From the NCBI GenBank assembly GCA_965261395.1, contig OZ253462.1, positions 4,896,001 through 4,960,000 on the forward strand: a stretch of 64,000 nucleotides of DNA, read 5' to 3'. Made by a program: the position numbers and the translations under genes. The notes beneath the pieces are model-generated. The model was not told the DNA's origin, did not search any database, and was given only the letters and a program-made list of their open reading frames with translations. Positions 1 to 9,380 of this stretch are shown piece after piece (position 1 is the first letter of the stretch; the number at the start of each line of letters is the position of its first letter). Source of the DNA: Candidatus Latescibacterota bacterium (GTDB lineage: Bacteria; Latescibacterota; UBA2968; UBA8231).

Positions 1-1
1 G

Positions 2-1141
2 AGCGAGCTGGTCGGCGAGTGGTCCGCTGGCCAAGCGCGTCTTTTCACCATCGGCGTGGGTCTGGACGTGGACCAGGGTTTTTTGACTGGCTTGGCCGAA
101 GAGCACCGAGGCGAGGCGTATTTCCTCTCGGAAGAAGGCGATATCGAGGCAGCGCTCCAAGAACTGTTTGAGTCCTTCACCTTTCCAGTCTTGCTGCTCG
201 ACGAGTTGAGCTTCGACCAAGTGGAGATCCACGACGTCCACCCGCGCGGCGTGGAGGCCCTCGCCGCTGGCCGAGAACTGTTCCAAGTGGGCCGCTACCG
301 AGGCGGCGGGACCTTCACGTTGGGCTTAACCGGGCACGTGGGGGAAGAGAGCGTGAGCGTGGACTTTCCGCTGGAGTTTACCCAGACCGATGTCTCGGGC
401 GGATTGATTCCCCGGCTGTGGGCTTACCAAAAAATCCAAGCCCTCGAAGAGCAGATCGCCCGCTTCGGCGAGCAACAGGAACTGCTCGATGATATCTTAA
501 GGCTGGGCTTAGACTACCAGCTAGTGACGCGGCGCACCTCGCTGTTTGCCCCCGACGACGGCGTCGAGGTCAACCCCGAACCGCGCGATGAGCTAGCGTT
601 CGGCGACTTCGGCGACTCATTTGGCTCTACACCCGTCAACGACGCCCGCCCGACGACCCACTGGCTAGGCCGCGACTTCGCGCTAGAGGACGAAGTGTGG
701 ATCGACCTAGCCTACCAGCCGGGTATGCCCAAGGAGCTGTATGAAGGCCGCACCTATCAGCCCGCCGAGCTAGCCAACTTTGCCCGGTTGGGCGAAGCCA
801 TGCTAGTGGTGGTGGAAGAGCGGGCCTACGAGATCCGCGCCAACGCCCAAGGCAGCCGGCCGGTACTCCTGCAGAACGCCCCCAACCCCTTCAACGCCTC
901 CACGACGATTTCCTTCCTGATACCGTTCCGCCTAGCGAACGAGGCGACTCGCCTGAGCATCTACAACTTAACGGGCCAGCTCGTGCGCGTAATACAGGCT
1001 GACACGCAGCAGGCCGGTGAGCACAGCCTGAGTTGGGACGGCCGCGACGACTACGGCCGCGAAGTGGCGAGCGGGGTGTACATCTATCGGCTGGATGTGG
1101 GCGAGTGGGCCGTGCATCGGCGCATGTTGCTGCTGCGCTGA
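2..1141 (+). CDS. VWA-domain protein with C-terminal FlgD-like/secretion sorting domain (5' partial)
   Basis: Frame is open from base 2 (SELVGEWSAGQARLFTIGVG...). VWA C-terminal pattern RLFTIGVGLDVD..FL..LA; C-terminal QNAPNPFN...IYNLTGQLVR...WDGRDDYGREVASGVYIYRL. Confidence 0.8.
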   Translation, partial: SELVGEWSAGQARLFTIGVGLDVDQGFLTGLAEEHRGEAYFLSEEGDIEAALQELFESFTFPVLLLDELSFDQVEIHDVHPRGVEALAAGRELFQVGRYRGGGTFTLGLTGHVGEESVSVDFPLEFTQTDVSGGLIPRLWAYQKIQALEEQIARFGEQQELLDDILRLGLDYQLVTRRTSLFAPDDGVEVNPEPRDELAFGDFGDSFGSTPVNDARPTTHWLGRDFALEDEVWIDLAYQPGMPKELYEGRTYQPAELANFARLGEAMLVVVEERAYEIRANAQGSRPVLLQNAPNPFNASTTISFLIPFRLANEATRLSIYNLTGQLVRVIQADTQQAGEHSLSWDGRDDYGREVASGVYIYRLDVGEWAVHRRMLLLR

Positions 1142-1184
1142 GAGCCGTCTGCAAACCTAACCTAGCGATTGCGAAGTAAGCGCG

Positions 1185-1223
1185 AAAAAGCGCCCGATGC
1201 TGGCGGAGCATCGGGCGCTTTTT
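1185..1223. terminator. Bidirectional Rho-independent terminator
   Basis: aaaaagcgcccgatgct-ggcgg-agcatcgggcgcttttt, a perfect stem with A/T tails between convergent genes. Confidence 0.9.
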
Positions 1224-1251
1224 ACTGGATTCTGTCTTAGGCGGAGTTGGT

Positions 1252-2001
1252 TTAGTGCTCTTTGATGCTGCCCACCTGGATCTCGATGTCCTCGCGGTTG
1301 GCTACCCGCTCTAGCCGCCCATCGCGGATCCAGGCCATGCGGTCAGCGGCCGTGAGCATTTTGTCGTCGTGGGTCACGGTAATGATCGTCGTCCCCATCT
1401 CCTGTTGCAGGCTCTTCATGTAGTTGATGATCTCTTGACCCGTATTGCTGTCGAGGTTGCCGGTCGGCTCGTCGGCGAGGATGATGCGCGGCTTGTTGAC
1501 AAAAGCGCGGGCAATGGCTACGCGCTGCTGCTGACCACCCGACAGCTCGGAGGGGATGTGGTGGGCCCTGTCGTCTAGGCCGACGATCTTCAAACATTCC
1601 ATAGCCCGCCTTTCGCCCTCGGCCGTGGTCATGCCAGCAAACACGGTGGGCAGCGACACGTTCATCAGCGCGCTCATCACCGGCAGGAGATTGTAGGTCT
1701 GAAAAATGTAACCCAGCTCAAAGCAGCGCACCGCCGCTAGCTGCTGTGTGTTGAGCGTGGCCAGATTGACGCCTTCGATGAGCACCTCGCCGCCGGTGGG
1801 CGTCTGCAGGGCGCCGATCATGTTGAAAAGCGTACTCTTCCCCGACCCAGAAGGCCCCATAATGGCAAAAAACTCGTTTTCGTACACCTGCACGCTCAAA
1901 CCGCGCAGCGCGTGCACATGGGTCGATTCGTCGCGGTTTTTGGAATTGTAAATCATCTTGACGCCTTGGACGTCGACGATTACATCGCGGCCATTTGACA
2001 T
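1252..2001 (-). CDS. ABC transporter ATP-binding protein (LolD/MacB-like)
   Basis: Walker [10 protein letters not shown], signature LSGGQQQR, Walker [13 protein letters not shown]-loop VTHD. Confidence 0.92.
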   Translation of the reverse strand: MSNGRDVIVDVQGVKMIYNSKNRDESTHVHALRGLSVQVYENEFFAIMGPSGSGKSTLFNMIGALQTPTGGEVLIEGVNLATLNTQQLAAVRCFELGYIFQTYNLLPVMSALMNVSLPTVFAGMTTAEGERRAMECLKIVGLDDRAHHIPSELSGGQQQRVAIARAFVNKPRIILADEPTGNLDSNTGQEIINYMKSLQQEMGTTIITVTHDDKMLTAADRMAWIRDGRLERVANREDIEIQVGSIKEH

Positions 2002-2043
2002 AATGTACTCCTACATTTGATGTTGCTGCTCTAAGAACGGATC

Positions 2044-2072
2044 AATGTAAAATGGACAACGCCGCAGGTCAA
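2044..2072 (-). promoter_or_regulatory. Sigma70-type promoter of the ABC ATPase gene
   Basis: TTGACC-N17-TACATT on the minus strand upstream of the start at 2001. Confidence 0.55.
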
Positions 2073-2089
2073 ATTTAGCGACGCGGCTT

Positions 2090-4084
<1,995 letters not shown>

Positions 4085-4106
4085 GCATCCTCCTTGCTAG
4101 GCGGCC

Positions 4107-4135
4107 AATCTAGCCGGATGGCAGTACCCTGTCAA
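4107..4135 (-). promoter_or_regulatory. Sigma70-type promoter of uvrB
   Basis: TTGACA-N17-TAGATT on the minus strand; AGGAGG RBS before the ATG. Confidence 0.65.
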
Positions 4136-4230
4136 TATGCCGCTTTCATACTAATGACACGATAACACAAATCGCCGCCATCATGTCACCATCAACTGAT
4201 TTGCAAATTGCTCATTTATTGCCGTATTTT

Positions 4231-4250
4231 ATTGTAAAACATTGTAAAAC
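4231..4250 (+). repeat. 10-bp tandem direct repeat (ATTGTAAAAC x2) in AT-rich promoter region
   Basis: Exact duplication, one helical turn period, ~30 bp upstream of the sigma54 motif. Confidence 0.8.
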
Positions 4251-4277
4251 AATATGTTATTTGTATTTGGTAAGTCG

Positions 4278-4293
4278 CGGCACGTATCTTGCT
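4278..4293 (+). promoter_or_regulatory. Sigma54 (-24/-12) promoter
   Basis: CGGCACGTATCTTGCT matches YGGCACG-N4-TTGCW with exact GG-N10-GC spacing, 32 bp upstream of the ATG at 4326. Confidence 0.7.
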
Positions 4294-4325
4294 TTTATGA
4301 AAGGAATAGATAAAAGGAACTTACC

Positions 4326-4580
4326 ATGAGAGTGCATGAGTTCACACTCGTTTTAACAGCCGATCCCAACGAAGAAGAATCGGCTCAACTCTACAGCATC
4401 TTCGATGACGGTACGATTGTCACTATGGCTGGTGTGCCGCAAATTCACTTTCACCGAGAGGCACCGTCGTTAGAGGACGCCATCGCTTCTGCGGTGGCGC
4501 ATGTCAGAAAAGCAGGATTTGATGTAGCCCGCGTGGAAATCGAACCGCGAAATCGAGCGCGATCACGTAGTGATGCTTGA
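4326..4580 (+). CDS. Small hypothetical protein, possibly HicB-like fold (HEFTL...F.REA.SLEDAI.SA), no HTH
   Basis: AAAGGA RBS; 3-bp gap to hicA; resembles the N-terminal domain of proteins often found beside HicA-like toxins. Confidence 0.6.
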   Translation: MRVHEFTLVLTADPNEEESAQLYSIFDDGTIVTMAGVPQIHFHREAPSLEDAIASAVAHVRKAGFDVARVEIEPRNRARSRSDA

Positions 4581-4583
4581 CTT

Positions 4584-4772
4584 ATGAAGGTCCGAGAAGT
4601 GGTGCGAATGCTCGAAAGGGACGGCTGGTACCAAGCTAGGATGCGTGGAAGTCATCGGCAATTCAAGCACTCCGCCAAGCGAGAGCTGATAACGGTACCC
4701 GGACGTTTAGGCGACGATCTGGCTATTGGTACTTTTAACAGCATATTGAAGAAAGCAGGGCTAAAGGAATGA
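4584..4772 (+). CDS. hicA: HicA family toxin (mRNA interferase)
   Basis: 62 aa; LERDGW...RGSHRQFKH...TVP...LAIGT..SILKKAGL. Confidence 0.92.
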   Translation: MKVREVVRMLERDGWYQARMRGSHRQFKHSAKRELITVPGRLGDDLAIGTFNSILKKAGLKE

Positions 4773-4981
4773 AATACCTAATCGTCGTGGAAAAGACCGA
4801 GACCGGCTTCTCGGCGTACTCGCCGGATCTCTTAGGTTGTGTGGCGACAGGTGCCACGGAAGAAGAAACCGAAGCAAATATGAAGGAAGCAATCGCGTTT
4901 CACGTCGAGGGCCTGAAGCAGGAAGGATTCCCTGTACCTCAGCCCTCTACGAAGTCCGCTTACATTGAAGTCGCGGCATAA
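4769..4981 (+). CDS. hicB: HicB family antitoxin (short form, no DNA-binding domain)
   Basis: ATGA overlap with hicA; YLIVVEK...FSAYSPDLLGCVATG.TEEE...NMKEAI.FHVEGL. Confidence 0.92.
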   Translation: MKYLIVVEKTETGFSAYSPDLLGCVATGATEEETEANMKEAIAFHVEGLKQEGFPVPQPSTKSAYIEVAA

Positions 4982-5041
4982 GGTACGGCTAGCACTAGTA
5001 ACTTCACTAACCAACACCTCAATTCTCGAAAGGAAAAAACA

Positions 5042-6961
5042 ATGGCTAAAGTCATCGGCATCGACTTAGGCACCACCAACTCGTGCGTGGCCGTCATCGA
5101 AGGCCAAGACGCGGAGGTCATCGCCAACTCCGAAGGGGGCCGCACCACGCCCTCCATGGTCGCCTTCACCAAAGACGGCGAGCGCCTCGTCGGCCAGACC
5201 GCCAAGCGCCAGGCCGTCACCAACCCGCAAAACACGGTCTATTCGATCAAGCGCTTCATGGGCCGCCGCTACGGCGAAGTCGCCAACGAAATCAGCGAAG
5301 TCCCCTACGAAGTGGCCCCAAGTGGCCGCGACATGGCCGTGGCCAAGATCGATGGTAAGGAACACACGCCACCGGAAATCTCGGCCATGATTTTGCAAAA
5401 GATGAAGCAGACGGCCGAAGACTATCTGGGTGAGGAAGTGCAACAAGCCGTCGTCACCGTCCCGGCGTATTTCAACGACGCCCAACGCCAAGCCACCAAG
5501 GACGCGGGCACCATCGCCGGCTTGGAGGTCTTGCGCATCGTCAACGAGCCGACCGCCGCGGCGCTGGCCTACGGCTTAGACAAGGGCGGCACCAACGAGC
5601 AGATCGCCGTGTATGACCTCGGCGGCGGCACCTTTGACATTTCGATTTTGGAATTGGGCGACGGGGTCTTTGAGGTCAAATCCACCAACGGCGACACCCA
5701 CCTTGGCGGCGACGACTTCGACCAGCAGATCATCAACTGGCTCGCCGAGGAATTTCAAAAGAACGAGGGCATTGACCTGCGCCGCGACCCCATGGCCCTG
5801 CAACGGCTCAAAGAAGCGGCTGAAAAGGCCAAGATCGAGCTGTCGTCCTCCACTTCGACCGAAATCAATCTGCCGTTTATCACCGCCGATCAAACGGGCC
5901 CGAAGCACTTGCAAATCAGCCTGTCTCGCGCCCAGTTTGAGCGCTTGGTTGACGACCTAGTTGAGCGCACCAAGGGTCCCTGCCAGCAGGCCCTCGCCGA
6001 CGCTGAATTGCAAGCCAGCGAAATCGACCAAGTGATTTTGGTCGGCGGCTCGACGCGCATCCCCAAAATCCAAGAGACCATCCAAGCCCTCTTTAACCAA
6101 GAGCCCAACCGCAGCGTCAACCCCGACGAGGTGGTGGCCTTGGGCGCGGCCATCCAAGCCGGCGTCCTCGCCGGCCACGTCGACGATGTCCTGCTGCTCG
6201 ACGTAACGCCGCTGTCGCTGGGGATCGAAACCATGGGCGGGGTGATGACGCGGCTAATCGACCGCAACACCACCATCCCCACCAAGAAGAGCCAGATCTT
6301 TTCCACCGCCTCAGACAGCCAGCCTTCGGTGGAAGTCCACGTGCTGCAAGGCGAGCGCGAGTTTGCCAACGACAACCGCACCCTCGGCCGCTTCCACCTC
6401 GACGGTATCCCCTCGGCCCCGCGCGGCATGCCCCAGATCGAGGTAACCTTCGATATCGACGCCAACGGCATCCTCAACGTCGGGGCCAAGGATAAGGGCA
6501 CCAGCAAGGAGCAATCCATCCGCATTGAGTCGTCCTCGGGCTTGAGCCAAGAGGAAATCGACACCATGCAGAAGGACGCCGAGGCCCACGCCGATGAGGA
6601 CAAAATGCGCCGCGAAGCCGTCGATCTCCGCAACGAGGCCGACCAGCTAATCTACGCGACGGAAAAATCACTCGCCGAGTACGGCGACAAGCTGGCCGAA
6701 GCCGACAAGAAAGGCGTTGAGGACGCAGTCGCCGCGCTCAAGGAAGCGCTCGAAGGCACGGACGACGAGACCATCACACAGGCCATGACCGCGCTGCAAC
6801 AGGCGTCGCACAAGCTGGCGGAGGAAATGTACAAGGACGCCCAAGCCGAACAGGCCCAGGGCGAGCCAGCGCCGGAAGGTGCCGCTGATCAGCCGCAAGG
6901 AGGCGGGGAGGCGGAGCCAGTGGACGCGGACTTTAAGGTTGTTGACGAAGACAAGAAGTAA
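5042..6961 (+). CDS. dnaK: Chaperone DnaK (Hsp70)
   Basis: [43 protein letters not shown] and acidic tail [13 protein letters not shown]. Confidence 0.99.
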   Translation: MAKVIGIDLGTTNSCVAVIEGQDAEVIANSEGGRTTPSMVAFTKDGERLVGQTAKRQAVTNPQNTVYSIKRFMGRRYGEVANEISEVPYEVAPSGRDMAVAKIDGKEHTPPEISAMILQKMKQTAEDYLGEEVQQAVVTVPAYFNDAQRQATKDAGTIAGLEVLRIVNEPTAAALAYGLDKGGTNEQIAVYDLGGGTFDISILELGDGVFEVKSTNGDTHLGGDDFDQQIINWLAEEFQKNEGIDLRRDPMALQRLKEAAEKAKIELSSSTSTEINLPFITADQTGPKHLQISLSRAQFERLVDDLVERTKGPCQQALADAELQASEIDQVILVGGSTRIPKIQETIQALFNQEPNRSVNPDEVVALGAAIQAGVLAGHVDDVLLLDVTPLSLGIETMGGVMTRLIDRNTTIPTKKSQIFSTASDSQPSVEVHVLQGEREFANDNRTLGRFHLDGIPSAPRGMPQIEVTFDIDANGILNVGAKDKGTSKEQSIRIESSSGLSQEEIDTMQKDAEAHADEDKMRREAVDLRNEADQLIYATEKSLAEYGDKLAEADKKGVEDAVAALKEALEGTDDETITQAMTALQQASHKLAEEMYKDAQAEQAQGEPAPEGAADQPQGGGEAEPVDADFKVVDEDKK

Positions 6962-6986
6962 GGCGCGTTAAATACGCGACGCCATC

Positions 6987-7053
6987 GTAGGGGCACCCCT
7001 TGTGACATTTGTTCCAACTATTGGTCCGGAACAGATGCCCTTGTGGGTGCCCT
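6987..7053 (+). repeat. GTAG-type REP-like palindrome interrupted by a 33-bp hairpin flanked by 8-bp direct repeats
   Basis: gtaggggcac[cccttgtg 6997-7004]+33 bp+[cccttgtg 7038-7045]ggtgccct; a related uninterrupted copy lies at 40273-40299. Confidence 0.65.
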
Positions 7054-7116
7054 ATTGCTTTGGGGGTGAAGTCAGGAATCTCTCTGCGCTGGAACACTTG
7101 GTATGAATCGTTACAC

Positions 7117-7615
7117 CTAGAGCACCTTCAGTACGTCGTCTCCTAGGGCACGCGCCAGATTCCTGGGTTGATTGCAGCGTGCCGTCTTGATGGTCAATTG
7201 GCGGCCGCGGAAGCGAACCTTGGTGCGGTTGAGCGTCTTGCGTTGCTTCGGGTGAATGCTCTTACCATGGAACAGGACCGGGTGGCAGATGGACCTGAAG
7301 GCGCTCGGCGCAAAGCGCTCGGCAAATTCCGCACCCCGTTGCAATTGCGCGGACACCTCCGATGCATCGACACCGCCGCTTTTGAGTTCCATCGGAACCG
7401 CGAAGAGAGTGTTTTTGGCAGCACTTATAAAGAAGAGAACGATAGTCACATCGTTTACCTTCCATTCTGTGAGCCGGGAATGCCCGGTCCGCGTCTGCCA
7501 CGACTCGACGGGACGGCACATCCTCCATGGACATCCGGCACCCGTCTCGTATGTACGAATCGCTGAGGTTTTCTGCTCCCACTTGTGACCGGATTCCGTC
7601 GAGAACCTCATTCAT
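7117..7615 (-). pseudogene. Frameshifted PD-(D/E)xK-like nuclease partner of the ABC ATPase
   Basis: ATG at 7615 overlaps the ATPase stop. MNEVLDG...EGKRCDY continues as VLFFIS...VPMELKSG...QLQRG in another frame (tgt gac tat C gtt ctc ttc, one extra base near 7441). Joined product carries a CD...ELK motif. Confidence 0.65.
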
Positions 7616-9194
7616 GTTCGCGTTCCGCCTCGTCCGCCGTTTCCTCGAATCGGTTTTGCAGGTTTGCTGAACGGTTGTAAAGTTCTTCAGCGACATCTTC
7701 ATAATCAGGAGGCTCCACGCCTTCGCTGCGGTCGAATGGGACTTCCTCCACTATTGAGCCCGCTGACGTTCCATCCTTGCGGAACAACCAGATTCCCACC
7801 TCGCTTGGCCGGAGCGAAATCGGAAGGGATTCTTCGCTCGTGGGCTCACCTGTCTTTTCTCCCAACTCCCCCTCCCGCATCAGGTTTCCGATCTCCTTGA
7901 GCAACCAGTCGCTGTGCGTCGTGACCACCACCCGGACCCCGGCGCGAACCATGCGGGCCAAGATCACCGCTATCTGGGTCTGGGCAGCGGGATGCAGATG
8001 AGCTTCGGGCTCCTCGATGATGAGCATATCGCCACGGCTGATGGTTCCGCGTAGAAACAGCACAACGGGAGCGAGTTCGGACACCATGGACGAAGCACGA
8101 GTCAGGCGAATGTCCTCTTCCGTTTCCTGTGGTCGGTACACAAATTCCGGATATCCTCCCGATGGAGACATCTTGGCCTGTATCTGCCCGGCAAGGGTCT
8201 CGCGTTCCAGTGCGTCGGCGAGTGCGTTCATCGGCCTGTTAGTCGCTCGGCTCTCTTCGTAGAGGATGAGCCGCTGCATGAAATCGGCCATCACGCCTGA
8301 AAGCGTCGGAAGCTCCGGGAAGCGTTCCAGTCCCCCGCGGGTGGAGCGTGCCACGAGGGAGCTAGCGATAACGCGGTGGCTCTGCATGATGCCGCTGCGG
8401 GCGGCCGGCAGGTAATGAGTCTCACCCCGCCCGCTAACAATGGGGGCTGTGTACAAGAGTACTTCAAATAGATACCAAAAACTCAGTGAGGGTTCGATTC
8501 CCCGTAACTCTTTGAGGGGTTCGATTCCCCGTAACTCTTTGATTAATCCTCGGAAATGGCTGAATAGCCGGCCGGGCATGAATTCCGAAGCCGACCACCC
8601 TTCGGGTAGGATGACCATGTCCTCGATTCGACCATCCGTGGTGACACCCGACTCCGAGATACCCATGCGGAAACGCCAGAGATCCCGATCTTCCTCGCCA
8701 ACAGCCAGCGAAACCTTCATGCTATCGGGGTGCCCGGACAATCGAACCAGATCGGAAACCGACTCGAGATCGAAACAGCGTTCGAGTTCAGTCTTTAGAT
8801 CCTCACCTAACAACCTGGGATCATCGAGAGCAGTCTGTGCTGCGTCGCGCACACTTTCGGGCAGGTCCGAGAACCTGAACTGCCGCCCCTCAGTTTCCAG
8901 CATTTCGAGAACATCCTCGAGTTCTTCCCGCACGTCAGCATCCGCCTCCGATTTATCATGTCGAGGACCTTGCCCAAAATAATGTAGGTGATACGGAAGC
9001 CGCGGAAATCCACCAAGGATTCGGTGCAACGCGTAGATCAAAATGGCGAAGTAGGTCTTGCCGGTGTTGCTCGGACCGACGAACACCGTCAGCGGCCGCA
9101 GATCTACGGTGCCGCTTGCGATGGGTCCAAAATTCGTTGCCGAAATCCGAACGTCAGGGTGTGCCGTGGTCGTGGGGTTCCTAGGTTTATTCAT
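7608..9194 (-). CDS. ABC-type (AAA_15/AAA_21-like) ATPase
   Basis: NFGPI, Walker A GPSNTGKT, YLPAARSG, signature-like ASSMVSEL, Walker B IIEEPEAHLHP, H-loop TTHS. Start 9194 has a GGGAGA RBS and an ATGA overlap with the upstream small ORF. Confidence 0.88.
   Translation of the reverse strand: MNKPRNPTTTAHPDVRISATNFGPIASGTVDLRPLTVFVGPSNTGKTYFAILIYALHRILGGFPRLPYHLHYFGQGPRHDKSEADADVREELEDVLEMLETEGRQFRFSDLPESVRDAAQTALDDPRLLGEDLKTELERCFDLESVSDLVRLSGHPDSMKVSLAVGEEDRDLWRFRMGISESGVTTDGRIEDMVILPEGWSASEFMPGRLFSHFRGLIKELRGIEPLKELRGIEPSLSFWYLFEVLLYTAPIVSGRGETHYLPAARSGIMQSHRVIASSLVARSTRGGLERFPELPTLSGVMADFMQRLILYEESRATNRPMNALADALERETLAGQIQAKMSPSGGYPEFVYRPQETEEDIRLTRASSMVSELAPVVLFLRGTISRGDMLIIEEPEAHLHPAAQTQIAVILARMVRAGVRVVVTTHSDWLLKEIGNLMREGELGEKTGEPTSEESLPISLRPSEVGIWLFRKDGTSAGSIVEEVPFDRSEGVEPPDYEDVAEELYNRSANLQNRFEETADEAEREHE
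8490..8542. repeat. 27-bp period in-frame tandem duplication (KELRGIEP x2) in the ATPase
   Basis: gggttcgattccccgtaactctttga at 8490-8515 and 8517-8542. Confidence 0.9.
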
Positions 9195-9331
9195 TGCGAG
9201 TCTCCCATTTTTGAGCTGATCTTCCCGAACTGTCTCAGTTCCTGGAAGATCTCCTTGATGTCGTAGCCACACTGAGCGGCAAGTTTGTCTCGTATTGCGC
9301 GAACTTCAGCCACGATAGAGTCATTTCTCAT
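9191..9331 (-). CDS. 46-aa protein, putative antitoxin partner of a PIN toxin (not in ORF track)
   Basis: MRNDSIVAEVRAIRDKLAAQCGYDIKEIFQELRQFGKISSKMGDSQ; GGAGG RBS; matches the D.IV.EVR.IR...AA...YD...IF pattern I recall from small genes downstream of PIN proteins. Confidence 0.7.
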   Translation of the reverse strand: MRNDSIVAEVRAIRDKLAAQCGYDIKEIFQELRQFGKISSKMGDSQ

Positions 9332-9380
9332 CGTCGATGTCCTCCATCAGTTCTTCAGGGGTGCTGATTACGGGAGATCT
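9321..9380 (-). pseudogene. 3' remnant of a PIN-domain toxin gene
   Basis: Alternate frame under the herA 3' end reads RSPVISTPEELMEDIDDEK*, like the P.I.TPEEL C-terminus of this PIN family, and overlaps the 46-aa partner. Confidence 0.55.

Noticed and set aside
4989-5015. CIRCE-like CTAGCACT upstream of dnaK
   Set aside because: Only an imperfect left half; no GAGTGCTAA arm at 9-bp spacing.
7117-7702. ORF-track calls 7117..7611 and 7262..7702 as two genes
   Set aside because: Better explained as two halves of one frameshifted gene starting at 7615.
8488-8545. GGTTCGATTCCC resembles a tRNA T-arm or att site
   Set aside because: No acceptor, D or anticodon arms; it lies antisense within an intact ATPase frame.
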